A DNA stretch of 64,000 nucleotides, taken from Schmidtea nova. Lineage: Eukaryota. The DNA lies in NCBI GenBank assembly GCA_044892505.1, contig CM097883.1, forward strand, positions 357,678,001 to 357,742,000, written 5' to 3'. A program made the position numbers and the translations under genes. The notes beneath the pieces were generated by a model. It saw only the letters and a list, made by a program, of their open reading frames with translations. It made no database searches and had not been told where the DNA came from. Shown in pieces: positions 36,942-49,756 of this stretch; the first letter of the stretch is position 1, and each line of letters begins with the position of its first letter.

Positions 36942-37221
36942 TCAAGTTCCTATATTTTCTGTTTGTCTCTCCAGCCATGGGAAAACACTAACCGACGAAC
37001 CCAAGAGCGACTGCTGGTGGCCACGACCACGGCTATGGTCATCACCACCACTGAACACCGGCCTCTCACGAGCCATCAACCAACGAATCCCAGTAGTGAC
37101 GAAACGATACAACAAATGAACTCCCACCAATCCGTCGAACTTTGGTATGGTCACTGCCGCTGCAGAAATAACGAGTAAAGTCGGTCAAAACTCACTCCAA
37201 AGCACCAAATTCCCGTCACCA
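36942..37221 (-). mobile_element. possible LTR-element leader: PBS-like TGGTGACGGGA followed by a degenerate hydrophobic reading frame
   Basis: GC-rich island next to a gap; tcccgtcacca at 37211-37221; no diagnostic domain. Confidence 0.3.
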
Positions 37222-37284
37222 AATACAGAAATAAATATTTCCAATTTGTTATAATTTTCATTTTACTTTCATTATCAGTATAAT

Positions 37285-37704
37285 NNNNNNNNNNNNNNNN
37301 NNNNNNNNNNNNNNNNNNNNNNNNNNNNNNNNNNNNNNNNNNNNNNNNNNNNNNNNNNNNNNNNNNNNNNNNNNNNNNNNNNNNNNNNNNNNNNNNNNNN
37401 NNNNNNNNNNNNNNNNNNNNNNNNNNNNNNNNNNNNNNNNNNNNNNNNNNNNNNNNNNNNNNNNNNNNNNNNNNNNNNNNNNNNNNNNNNNNNNNNNNNN
37501 NNNNNNNNNNNNNNNNNNNNNNNNNNNNNNNNNNNNNNNNNNNNNNNNNNNNNNNNNNNNNNNNNNNNNNNNNNNNNNNNNNNNNNNNNNNNNNNNNNNN
37601 NNNNNNNNNNNNNNNNNNNNNNNNNNNNNNNNNNNNNNNNNNNNNNNNNNNNNNNNNNNNNNNNNNNNNNNNNNNNNNNNNNNNNNNNNNNNNNNNNNNN
37701 NNNN
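37285..37704. other. assembly gap
   Basis: N run. Confidence 0.99.
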
Positions 37705-38081
37705 AAAGATCAAAGGTGAAAAAAGATAATTATGATAATAATAATATTAATAATAATAATAATTAGGGGTAATATTAGTTTGGCCATATTTAAATTAAAT
37801 TTTGTTCTTCATTTTACTAACTTTGGCCTTTAAATTAATTACAGTGGACATTAATTAAATTACTCAGCATACTACCACATATTAGCCCTTAATATTATTA
37901 CTTTGGGGAAAATCTTAATTAAAATGTTTATGAAATTTATTTGTAAAAATATTAAATTATTAAATTAAACTTTATTGGGTATTTAAATTAAAAAATAATT
38001 ATTTATTGTATTTATCGGACATAATCAGTCTACAATTTGTTTCTCTACCATTTATTGTTGATTCAGAAAAAAATACAAGAA

Positions 38082-38643
38082 ATGAACAACAGCGGTGATT
38101 ATGAGCAGTTGGAAGAGTTCCATTCTGACGATGAATCATCATTGGTGGAAACAGGATGCCAATCAAAGAAAACACGAAGAAATAGAACTTGGTTAACTAT
38201 TGAGGTCTTTAAAAACAGAGAAGAAACAATGGAATGGCTGAATAAAAACACAATCTGGACATTTCGTAATAGGTATGAAACTGAAGCAGGAAACAAAGAA
38301 GTTTATCGGTGTAATCAAGTAAAAAAAGTTGGCCAACAGTGCGACAAAGCCTTACAATTTCAATACAACAGTCACAATGAAACTGTTATCCATTTCGAAA
38401 CAACTTGCAAGCACAATCATCATGAAATTTTGAAAAAACAAGAAAAAATTGGAATTAACGAAGTCACCAAAGATTCCATTAAAAAACAAGTTGAACTTGG
38501 AATCAAAAAGCCAAAATCAATCAGTGCTAATCTTGCAAATGAACTTCTTACAAATCAAAGTCCCAAATGACCGCCAACTTCACAACTTTTTGCAGACATT
38601 AAAAAAGTCCAATCAAAAGAGTATGAATTTTGACCAACTGTGA
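38082..38643 (+). pseudogene. Mutator/MULE transposase N-terminal (WRKY/GCM1-type Zn DNA-binding) fragment
   Basis: WTFRNRYETEAGNKEVYRCN...QC...CKHNH; GINEVTKDSI...KPKSI; frameshifted PNDRQLHNFL; catalytic domain absent. Confidence 0.65.
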
Positions 38644-39682
38644 TTACATTAGGCGGCTTCCTCTATTTATATATTTTTTATCAATACCTTAATCATTTAA
38701 TGACCGAAGTAAAAATATTGAAGACCATTTTTCTATTTATTTAATGGCTAAGTTTTTTTTAATTTAAGGGCCACAGTAATAACATTCATCATAATTACAT
38801 TAATTAATAATAATAATAATAATAATAATAAAAATAATTACGACAATAATAATAATTAATTAATTAATGCAAATTATTGCATAATTTATTTTAAATATTT
38901 TTTTAATGGAATTTATGTTCAAACAATTATTTTATAACCTCCAGTTATGTTCAGTTTCTGGCTAAATGCACCAGTAGTTGAAAAAAAAATTTTTTTTGCT
39001 TTCATTTTTGAGTTATCTTGATATTTGACAAGGTAACAAAATTAAAATCTCGATTTTGGAATGATAATTTAAGCAATTGGCATTCCACGAAATCTTCATT
39101 TTTAATTCCTATTTTGCCGTTAAATTTTAAAAAAAGGTTCGTTATATTTTATATTTTTTTGTAATAATAGTAATAATAAAAAATAAATAACAATGTTAAT
39201 AAATACCGTTAATTAAATTATAAAAATGATCTCAATAAAAACTAATAATAATAATGATAAAAGCAATAATAATGAAATCATATTAAAATGGACAATGAAT
39301 ATTAATCAATGCTTTTGTTATTTAAAAAAATAATTTTTTTATTCATGTTTTTAATGAGAAATCTGATTAAATTTTAAATGTCACCGGTTATATTTTGTAA
39401 ATTAAAATAGATGCAAAGTTTTTTTAAATTCATTTCATTATTTCAATTCTTTGCATTTCTGAAACACATATTGTTTTTAACTGTTTATTTAATAAATGTA
39501 TATTTCACGAAAAAGTCCAAATAAATGGCACCCCTTGCTCTCAATGTCAGTCGAAGGGGTGATATAGCTTTAACACCATGAAGAATTATTTTATGACCTT
39601 ATAGGGAAATAGATAAAAAAATTATTATATAAGTATATATATTATTAAATTAAATATAGTTTATTTACAAATTGAGTAATGG

Positions 39683-39866
39683 TTGTTTTAATGTTGACAA
39701 TAAAAAAATGGCAAGCAAACAAATTCAAATGCAAAGATGACAGTTTCATTAAATATGAAGAAGGAAGCAAATCAAAACTCAACGCGCTGACATTTTTGTT
39801 TAAATAAAATTTTATTATTTATAGTAATTATTTTCAGTGTTACTAAAAATGGTGTCAGAAGTGGGA
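39683..39866 (+). mobile_element. LTR end plus tRNA-Leu primer-binding site
   Basis: tggtgtcagaagtggga (39850-39866) is complementary to the 3' end of metazoan tRNA-Leu(CAA); LTR start approximate. Confidence 0.6.
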
Positions 39867-40751
39867 GCTCTCCAGCATCAGAGAGTGAATATTACTCGGT
39901 CAATATCGATTCATTCATCGATTCATTCAAAAGTATCGTCAAAGAAACTACCGAAACTGGTTCAACTATGGTATTAGAAGCGTCCACTTCAGCTAAGCAT
40001 GTTTTGATGTCACGTATTTTTTATTATGTTATTTTATATAAAATTTTATTCGTATCTATAATAAAATTTATTAATTTTACTTTAAATTTTACCGCGAGGT
40101 GGCTCATCTGCCCTATTTATCCATTAAAACAACCTAGAAACACGTGTTTAATATCCAACCAACACACCAACAATATAAGCACATTCAGTCAGATCGGAAG
40201 ATAATTTCTCTATCTGACTAGCCGTAACAATACACTTTTATATATAATCCACGGAGCCTCTTGTTAACGTAGCCACACACAAATCAATATATAATCCCGA
40301 GGCAGCTGCTGGTAAACACGTACACATACATCATTTAGTATTGCCGGTGTTTAATAGCACACACAATAAAATGTTTTTTATTTAATTGAATGGTATTTTT
40401 GTTTTAAATAACCTACTATCATTTTAAGCAGTTATTCTACATATTATTAACCGACAACTTTCAATATATTATGTAATTTTATTTAAATGAGCTTTTGAAA
40501 AATAAGTGTGGGAGATTTGAAAGCGGATGAAATTAATGTATTAAAAATGTAATAAACAGAATTAATAAACTAATAATTAATAAACTAATTAAAAATTAAT
40601 AAGAATTAATAAACTAATTAAAAAACGTGTAAACAGTTTAAACTATTAAATTGGACTCAAATTTAAAGAACGATCAGATAAATGTGGTAAAATTATTAAA
40701 TTTCATTAGAAAAATTAAACAGTCGCAAATGTTTCATATTTCATAGAATTT

Positions 40752-40753
<2 letters not shown>

Positions 40754-40809
<56 letters not shown>
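40754..40809. repeat. (TA)n microsatellite
   Basis: Directly visible. Confidence 0.97.
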
Positions 40810-40812
<3 letters not shown>

Positions 40813-41099
40813 TTGTTAACTTTTTATTATTGTTGAAATATGTGCGTAATTTTTAGTATAGTATCTATTTTTTTCCTCGTTATTGTGATTGTGGTGTACG
40901 CTGTGCCCCCCATTTTTTGTGATTTTTGCATGATTATTATTCTTCTTATTATATAATTTTGAATTTTGAATTTAAAAAAATTACTAACTATAGAAATAAA
41001 AAAATCAATAAACAGAAAATTTTAAATGATAAATGAATAATTAAGCCAACATGAGAATTAATTATCAAGAGATTAAAGAATTAAAATTATAAATTGAAC

Positions 41100-41350
41100 A
41101 CAGAAAAATATTTTGTGAGAGTTCGAGCCTAAAGTTAAAGAAATAAGAATAGCCAAATCTAGAAAAATAATTTGTGAAATTTCAAGTGATTCCACGTCGA
41201 AAGAAAAGACAGCCAAATTGCATTTACTCTAAAGATCAAAGAAATAAGAATAGTCTAATCCAGAAAAATATTTTGTGAGACTTCAAGTCTAAAGATTAAA
41301 GAAAAAGGGATAGTCAAATCAAGAAAAATAATCTGTGGTATTTCAAGCCA
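41100..41350. repeat. imperfect tandem repeat (about 57-bp unit)
   Basis: agaaaaata(t/a)tttgtga..ttc.ag.ctaaag.ttaaagaaataagaatag recurs about four times. Confidence 0.6.
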
Positions 41351-41475
41351 AAAGAAATTCAACCTAATTGTATTTAAACCATCTAATATTTGACAATCCA
41401 ATACGTGAGTAATGTTTTTGATAAAATATAGTTTATTGGTTAAATTTTATTAATTGTATTTGATTTCTAAGTTAT

Positions 41476-41785
41476 TGTATAACGCTGCATTAAGATTCTC
41501 TCGGGCCCTACAAATCACTATATATATGTGTGTGTGTGTGATAGATTTATATGATAGTTGTTTGAATCACTAAAAGCCCTGTGACAAATTCAAAATACAA
41601 AATGCAAACCAAGATACAATTCAGAATGCACAAGAGGATCGCAGCACGGACGCATTTATTAATTAGTAAAATTTATATTTACTTCAGTTTTGTTATTACA
41701 GTTATTAAATCAGATCACGTTTGGTCGATATTTTTCCTCAGTTTATTATTTATTCTTTTTATTCCATACAATTGGTGTCAGAAGT
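41476..41785 (+). mobile_element. orphan 5' LTR (295 bp) with tRNA-Leu PBS
   Basis: TGTAT...ATACA inverted termini (41476-41770), then 2 nt and tggtgtcagaagt. Confidence 0.72.
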
Positions 41786-42049
41786 CCTGATCAAACAAAT
41801 ATATTAACACCACTTTCGTTTTCGACGGAAAGGCAATCAGATATCGATATGTAATCGACTGTGATATTCATATCGATTAGTTTTACATAATAATATTAAT
41901 TAATAATTTAATCAATAATTAACATCTGTAATTTGGTTGTTTGGAATTCATATAAATAATCGATGAACTTTTTTAAAAGTTATTTCATTTTTAGATCACT
42001 GTAGTAAAAAATACATAAATTTTTCAAGAAAATAAATATTAAAAAATAG

Positions 42050-42520
42050 AAATCATTCTACCATGAAAGCATACCGTAAAAACTTGCAGAGTATTATTTA
42101 TTCCCTTTGTTATCAGAGGGAATGTATATTGGACGAATTTCGCATGTACCAGTTTTCATATAAAGAATTAGAACAGTATAGAATGGAATATAATTCTCAA
42201 ATCAAAGTCGTAATTGGCTATGCGAACTACTTGTAGTGGAAAAACGTGTACGTTCACAAAAATATTATAACATGATTGCCGATGGACTTTTGAATACTAA
42301 GAATCAATAAGATCAAAAAATTATTCGGTATGTCCTGCAGTGCGTAAAAATGGAATATTATTCTATGAAACCATGCTTATGATAGTGAGAGTTACTTAAC
42401 ATTTATAAATGAATTTTTTAACTTATTAAATCAAAAAAATATGCAAATAAGAATATTGACAGGTAGACAATCTTGGCTTGTTTTCCTCCCACCTTATTCT
42501 CCTCAACTAAATCCGATAGT
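42050..42520 (+). pseudogene. IS630/Tc1-mariner (DDE_3) transposase remnant
   Basis: KNYSVCPAVRKNGILFYE..AYDSESYLTFINEFF..., VFLPPYSPQLNPI. Confidence 0.75.
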
Positions 42521-43841
42521 AATGACGACATATCTACATCTGATTCTAACGGGTATATTTATCAATGAGACAATTTGTAATGAAAGGTGAGAAAAGAGTT
42601 CTAACTACTTTAAATATGTTTTTTAGTTTTATTTAATCTTAAATTTTTATATATAAATTTTATTATTATTTTTATATCTATACTATAACGTACAATATTG
42701 TATAAAACAATTATTTATTTATTTGAGATAATTATTTATTTAACTGAGAAACCTGTATTGAATTATTGGAATAATTATTACTTCGATAATTAATTGTTAT
42801 ATCAATACACAGTTGCTACTATTATATTAATAAATTAGAAATTTGATTAATATCTTATATAATTAATAGCTTGGAATTTTTCGTATTTGAATAATAATTT
42901 TGATTAAAATTTAATAATTAATTTTAAACAATTAAAAAATTGTAATCATTTTAGATTTTCCAATATAAAACAAAAATAGCAGCAATGTTTTACCAACTTC
43001 CCAATACTTTAAGGACTATGTAAAAATTATCGATAATTTAACAATTCAACATAATTATGAAAATGATAATTTTATTACCGATGACGACAATGCGTTGGAA
43101 GTAATAAAGGTAAAAATAATTGTAATAAAATTTTAACAGCAAAAAAAAATTCCGACTTGGAAATAAGCTTAATGTCTAGTCATTAATTATAGTCATCTTC
43201 TAGATGAACTTTATAAAATCTAGGGTCAAGAGTTTCTTTGGGGAAAACATCAACATACAATTCACTTCTGAAGCCATAAACAAATTCAACGAAAAGCAAC
43301 ATTAGTAACAAGAGGAGAGCTATAACATTACGTTAAAATCTTTGCAAACTTTGGAATACACAAATTATTATCAAAGTTTAACTGAAATAACTTTATTCCA
43401 ATGAAATATGTAATGTGCTCGATCGGAACCAATTTTTATTTTTTTATCAATTATGATAATTTTGTGTGATTGCGATATTTTTGATTTTTGGTTTTCAACC
43501 CCCCGTGTTTATGATTCCAAATTACTATTTTGTTAATAATTATAATTATCATAAAAAGTTAATAATATATTTAAAAATTGAATTAAAATAATAATTAAAA
43601 AATCGATAAAGCAATTTCTATAGTAAAACTAATGAAATTGCTAAGGAAAATAAAATTAACAAACAAAATCTTATGGATTAGAAATATGAAATATTTATGA
43701 AGAATTCTTGAAAGAACAATAACAGTTGAGTTTATTACTTATTACGTGGGTATTGTATTTTTATCTTACTGTAGCTGTTAACCAAATAAAATTTGTTTAA
43801 AAAATTTGTTTTATTCTTTATTTATTTTTAGCTTACTGATA

Positions 43842-43990
43842 TTGTAAAGATAATACACACGCACACATATATCCAATTATATAACATTCACCCCAACAGT
43901 CCCGACACAATTTTTACAAGAGACTCTGTTGGGCTCTTCAATCTTACACAACAACATACACATATATACATCATCATTAATTATAATCCA
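43842..43990 (+). repeat. LTR-like dispersed repeat related to 33586-33720
   Basis: tgtaaag..cattcacccc..agactctgttgggctct..cacaaca shares several blocks with the 33.6-kb copy. Confidence 0.4.
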
Positions 43991-44039
43991 AACAATTAAT
44001 ACCCATTAAACAACAGATAAAATCCCACAGTAAAGCCTA

Positions 44040-45070
44040 TTACAGAATACCTCACAAGTAAAGCTTTAAATACCGGAGCATTTCCCCAAAACCGGTATTA
44101 CGGTATTCAAAATGTTCAATAGCGGGATCTGTTACTAGTTGGATTTCCCAGATTGCTTCGCTTTTCTGGTGGTTCTGCATTTGCCGAGGGAGTGCATAGA
44201 TCACAAGTGCGTGTGAAAACCACTTGTTGATTTTCCAGACATCTTCAATATCTTTTGACATATTTTGCATTAGCCAAACTCTCCTGGATCTTCACATAAA
44301 AAGTTGCACTCATGAAAAATTAAGTTTTTTTTGAAGACATGGGTTTTTAATTTAAAAAAAAATATTTTAATCGAATTTGTATCAATTACTTTAGCGATAA
44401 TATGAATCTTCAATTGTAAAACATTCGAAATAATCCATTCAATTCAGTCCAAATTCGAAATTATATTTGTAAATCCATTTTCTAATTGCTGGCGATAAGA
44501 CAGAATTGTGCACATAGCTGATTAGTTCATTTACATACATATATTTATTTTCACAGCCAGCTAGATTCTTTTTAACATTAAACTATATAACAGATACAAA
44601 AATATTTATATACTTTAATTTATTTTACGCGAGCATGCAGTTCTATAAAGGGGTTACAACTATGATTCTATAGTATCATATAAATAAATCAAGCTCAAAT
44701 TTAAATATTATTTATACAATTTTGAATTTTTTTTTCAATTATCTATAACGTTTTTTTGGGTAATAATGATAAATAATAGATACTAATGCTCATTCTTTTC
44801 AAATTTACAATTCTAATTGTGATATATGTGGTTTGTTCTACTTGAAAAATACTCCGTGAAATTGACGATGTCAATAATTCGAATCCTGGAGCACCAAACA
44901 ATTTTAAATTTTTGATCAATTATCTATAACGTTTATTGGGTAATAATAATAAATAATCGATACCAACACCGAAATACCGGGATTGTGAAAATCTAAATAA
45001 CGGTATCACAGTATCAGAGAAAATTCTGAGATTTCGGGATTCTGTTTTTCGGATCCCGGTATTGACATAA
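44040..45070 (-). mobile_element. deleted hAT element with BED zinc-finger remnant
   Basis: Minus strand CKICQKILKMSGKSTSGFHTHL*SMH at about 44190-44270; ataccg/cggtat/cgggat subterminal repeats at both ends. Confidence 0.6.
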
Positions 45071-45184
45071 TGACAAACACGACAACCTATCAAATAAGGA
45101 ACGAATGCGCAATATCTTCCACTGAAAATTAGTCATGAAATGCTTCAACAGAACAAAAGTTTGAAAGTAACTACTTGAAAAATA

Positions 45185-45461
45185 AAACCTATAAATATGA
45201 TATATGCGGAAATGAATAATAATTACATAATATAATTTGCTTTGTAACAATGTCTGTCTGTCCAGTTGTAACGCTTTTAAAAGGCGCTGATTGACCGATT
45301 TTTCAATTGGAAAACTTGCAAATTCTTACACGTGCGTTTGACTATGATTGTTTTGATGACTCAATAGCATTCACCCAAAATATTATTGAAAACTTTTGAA
45401 TTTAATTTTTGGTTTATATAAATTTTGAAAACGTCCGTCCTTTTTGACGGGATATCGCTAG
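45185..45461 (+). mobile_element. non-autonomous Helitron-like element
   Basis: 3' hairpin ccgtc-cttttt-gacgg (45435-45450), then CTAG (45458-45461) followed by T; internal tgtctgtctgtcc tract; 5' end approximate. Confidence 0.55.
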
Positions 45462-46310
45462 TGCAATATTAATTATTTAAATAATGTCAATAAATTTATT
45501 GCTGTTTGAATACTAATCGTATTCAAAACTTTATATTTTAGGAAACACAGATCTACATTTCACTGATTTGCAATGTTGAAAATAAGTCTTTTTTATAATT
45601 TATTAGAATCATAACTAACAAAAAGTTATAAAGAATCCAATTTTATTTTCATAAATTCGTTAAGAAAATTTTGTAGAAGGAACACAAAAGTTGTTGAATA
45701 AAAGACAATAAATATAAGTATAATGGTAATTTAATTGTAGAAATGCAACAGGCCTGTGAAAAGCTTAAGCGAGTAAAGGAATTCGTACTATTGAAAGTGG
45801 TTAAACGAAAGTCACCTGAAAAAAGATCAAACAGTTAAAAATGATGAAACGAGAACATCAAACAAAGTTATTATCCATAGGGCCTTACATTGTTTCTCTT
45901 TTAAACCTGATTTAAAGTTGTCAAAATTTCTGTATGTACTTTGAATATCAGTAACCGATTTGGATCAATCTATTTTAAAAAGTCACCAATTACGAATAAT
46001 ATTCCCCTAATTCAGTAATTAAATTATTTCCAAGATTGCAAGGGGATTCAGGTAAAAAAGCATCTTTCAGAAGCGTTCTATCTACCACTAGTTATAAGTG
46101 CTTCATTTTTGGATGCATCTGGCGTTCTAAACTATTCTCATATCTCGCGTAATTGCAGCGAAAATCACATCAAAGGGTACAAAATTTCACGGCTTAGTAT
46201 ATGTATTATCATCAGAACTTCTTCAAAGGTTTTCTGTCGCCATATTGGAAGCCTTTGAATTAGAATCTTCCTATGATTACATCAAACTCACAATCTTATA
46301 AACCTCCTAT

Positions 46311-47430
46311 GGAACGAAGGTGGAGCTAGTTTCTAGGCTACAGAAGGTGGACGAGATCGCTGATGTCCTTCCTTTGTTTCTCGATGGTGCAGCATTCGCA
46401 TTCTACCAAAACTTATCCGAAGGTCAGAAGAAGTATAATGGAGCTATTGGAAAAGCACTAATTAGTGCATATACAATGGATTGCTTTACTGCCTTCGAAT
46501 TGTTTCGAAACAGGCGGTGGTGCAACGAACCGGTAGACGATTTCCTGGCAGATTTAAGCCAATTACTCTCGTTGGCAAACATTATTGGGGATGATACACT
46601 GCGATGTAAATTTATTACTGGTCTTCCATCAGAAGTGGCCAAATTTCCCAGGGGCCAGATCCAAGATTACAACAATGACAATGGACGATATTGTGCATTA
46701 GGCAAGGTCGATAATGCAAATGGAATATAATTCCGTGGCGTTAGTGTCAAGAAATGTGGTCAGTGCAGGTGTTCGTCAGAAAGTTCAGTGCTACAGCTGA
46801 GGGAAGATCGGTCACAAGTCTAATGAATGCAGTGAGAGTCGACTTATAAGATGCCTGTGCACACAAACAGAGACTGTTCTAAAAATGTTGCGGAAAACAA
46901 CAAAAGGGAAGTTGGTGCGCTAGCAGCTTCCCATTAAATGCCAGTATTGTGCATGTATTAATTGATGTAGTGGTAGATGGAGTGAGAGGATTGGCGCAGG
47001 TGGATTCTGGCTGTTCATAATCGATTGTGCGGGTGTCGGATAAGCGAAAGTCAGCGAAAGTCACGTCAGTTAATGGAAGAATAGTCAATATACCAAGAGT
47101 TGTCGTGAATGTCCCAGATAATTCAGATTTCACTGCTAACTTTAATGGCGTTGAGTGGACTGTAGCTTGGAAGTGGCAAGATACCCCGCCAATTCTTAAA
47201 AATAAAATCAGTGAATTCAAGATGAAACCAGAAATCAAAGCCAAATATGAATCAGAACTGGACGAGTGGATACGAAAAGGGTGGCTGGTATCAGCAAGCG
47301 ATGTTTCAATTGGTATAACCCCATTGATGGCCTTAGTGCAAGAAAATAAGAATAAAGTTCGTCCAGTCATGGATTTTCGAGAACTGAATTCTAATATCGT
47401 TAATCACACTGGTGATAGCGATGATTGCGT
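46311..47430 (+). pseudogene. gag-protease-RT start of a second member of the 3.6-7.7-kb LTR family
   Basis: LPLFLDGAAFAFY, RRWCNEPVDDF, CKFITGLP, AQVDSGC, WTVAWKW, RPVMDFRELN; parallels the first copy. Confidence 0.88.
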
Positions 47431-48270
47431 CTCCATTTCATTAGTGTAGATCGACAACCACATAGGCGGCATGCGTAGTCTGCCGCCACAGTCAATAGGA
47501 GAATCGTTATCTGCAAATTCAGTCTCCGATAAGTGGCAGTTATTATATTTTTCGCAAGCAACATCAGTTTGACTAGAGTCTTTGAAATTATTCACCCATG
47601 AACCATCCGAATAATTGATTATTGGCTGACTCTCTGGGCCAACAATCGTTGATACCACACCATCGCAGTCGAGATCCAGATATTCATAACTATGAATATT
47701 ATTGTTTCTATGTCGACCTGGCTTAATACGTTTGTTTCCAGGACGGATATCTGACACATGTCTAGGTACTCCATAAACGTCAATATTCAAAGAAGAATTG
47801 ACAGCTGTAAAGATTCTGGGATTCCATATCGTAGTACATCGCGCCTTGGGCGGCTTCGCGAACACTGGCTGACCAATTATGTAACTGCTTTCGGCAATAA
47901 CATCCACGATTTTTTCGATGATACAATTACCCTCTGTACGGTAAGTACAGCTAAAAAGCCTCTGTACACCCTACTTTGTGCAAATGTCAGGAACCTGAGC
48001 CGACCGAACTTGCTCTTCCAACAGATATGCTACGCTTATTGCATCCTCATTTCGAATTTTTTCCATATCGCAAGTCTACTCGGACCACAATCAACGAAAG
48101 TTAAGAATTTGTCAGAAACAAAATGTGTGACATTAATTTAAAGACGACTCCAATTATATGTAACATTAAGATCCCCATGAGACCATGATACCGGTGCAGG
48201 GTCAATCGACCGACATTGTAGATACTCCTCAACAACAGTCTTAACATCAGCTCTAGATGACAACGGATGG
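47430..48270 (-). pseudogene. integrase of the same LTR family in inverted orientation
   Basis: Minus strand QCRSIDPAPVSWSHGDL, TFVDCGPSRLAIW, GNCIIEK, VFAKPPKARCTTIW, VPRHVSDIR, PMWLSIY. Confidence 0.85.
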
Positions 48271-49579
48271 ATTCTTAGTGGGAGATTATGTCATGTTAGA
48301 GGGACATTACAACAAAAAAGGCTTGTCCCCGAAACTTATGAGGAATTACACCAGGCGATATCAAATATTGAAGGCCACAAACACAAATTTGATCTTACAG
48401 TCAGTAGCAAACAAGAAAGCAGAGCCAATCATGGTCCACGCTAACAGATGCAAAAAGATAACTCCACCGGAGAAAGAGAAACCAAAATCAGAAATAGACA
48501 AATTCGAAATAAATAAGAAATCGAAAAAGAAAACGTTGGAATCATATAAAAGTATCCTAAAGGGACAACCAGAAAAATACCCTTTACAATCTAGAGAGAT
48601 TCCGAAAACGGTTACATTTTTAACAGTAATCAGGTGTGTCATGATGGTCGGTCAAGCATTTGAGAAGTTTGTACCAGAAGCAAGTCAACATCCGGATATA
48701 GGATATCAACGAACTGATAGGGCATTAAGATTCTATTTAAAGAGTACAGAATGGCACAGATACGATTTATATCTGGCAACACCAGAGAAAGGAATATGTT
48801 TCTACTTAAACAAATGGGATCGAGTGAAAGAGATCGGAGGACTAATGCCAAACACCGGATATCTCTTGGAAATCAATACGTTTTTTGCGGATCCAAACGT
48901 TTTTGCAGACAGAGGAGATTGTGATGACAAAGCGGAATGGATGTTTTAAACAGCAGTATTTACCGAAAAAGTGGAGATTTCTTATCATGGACAGACGGTA
49001 AAATTCGTGCATGAATATTGGGTGAAAAATAATAGAATTGCGCTCATATATATATTGGAAAATATGAAAAGAGTCAAAAGATTGGTAGTCAACCAATCAT
49101 ATCAAGGTAGAAGATGAACGGTACGACCAAAAGTGAGTACGAAAGCCAATATTACATACCTGGAGTTTTCGGAGAAAATTGGCTGGTACACAGTACATCA
49201 TGAATTAGTAGATCTGGTACCACATGCAATGGAGAAACTAACTAGCAAGCAAGGGAGAGCTAGATTAGTAAATATTCCTGGGTGTAAAGGAATAAGCCAA
49301 ATGGATTTGAGGAACCTAAGAAAGGTAGTGAGTAAAATACAACCACGCGTGAAAAAACTTATAACAAATTGTACATGTCAAAGAGAACCTAGGGAGATGT
49401 TACAAGATAAGATGCCAAATTGGCTATTTGTAGTTATAATAGGGGGAGTAACTAGTATGGTTTTAGTATCAGTAATAGCAACCCTTTGGATGTTTAGATT
49501 AACTTTAAGGGACAAACTATTTGGGAAAGCTACTACGAGACTGAGGTATAGGGAGAAAGTCTCGCCAGAGAATAGGTAG
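48257..49579 (+). pseudogene. integrase C-terminus (GPY/F region) fused in frame to an env-like type-I membrane glycoprotein; two internal stops
   Basis: FLVGDYVML..GLSPKL..Y...YQI..VHANRCK; hydrophobic signal-like TFLTVIRCVMMVGQA (about 48605-48658); sequons NQS, NIT, NCT; TM WLFVVIIGGVTSMVLVSVIATLWMF (49421-49495); basic tail. Confidence 0.7.
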
Positions 49580-49756
49580 TGTAAATATATAATTATTTAT
49601 TTGATATTAGTATTTATAATTATGTAGATAATAGTGTGGGCTCAAAGGAGCAACTGTAAAATCAGACATCAGTGTATGTCGACTTGGTTTACCCTGGGAG
49701 GGTCTATCACGAAATCTTTTACGAATCTTTTAATTATTTTTATTTTTTAGAAAACC

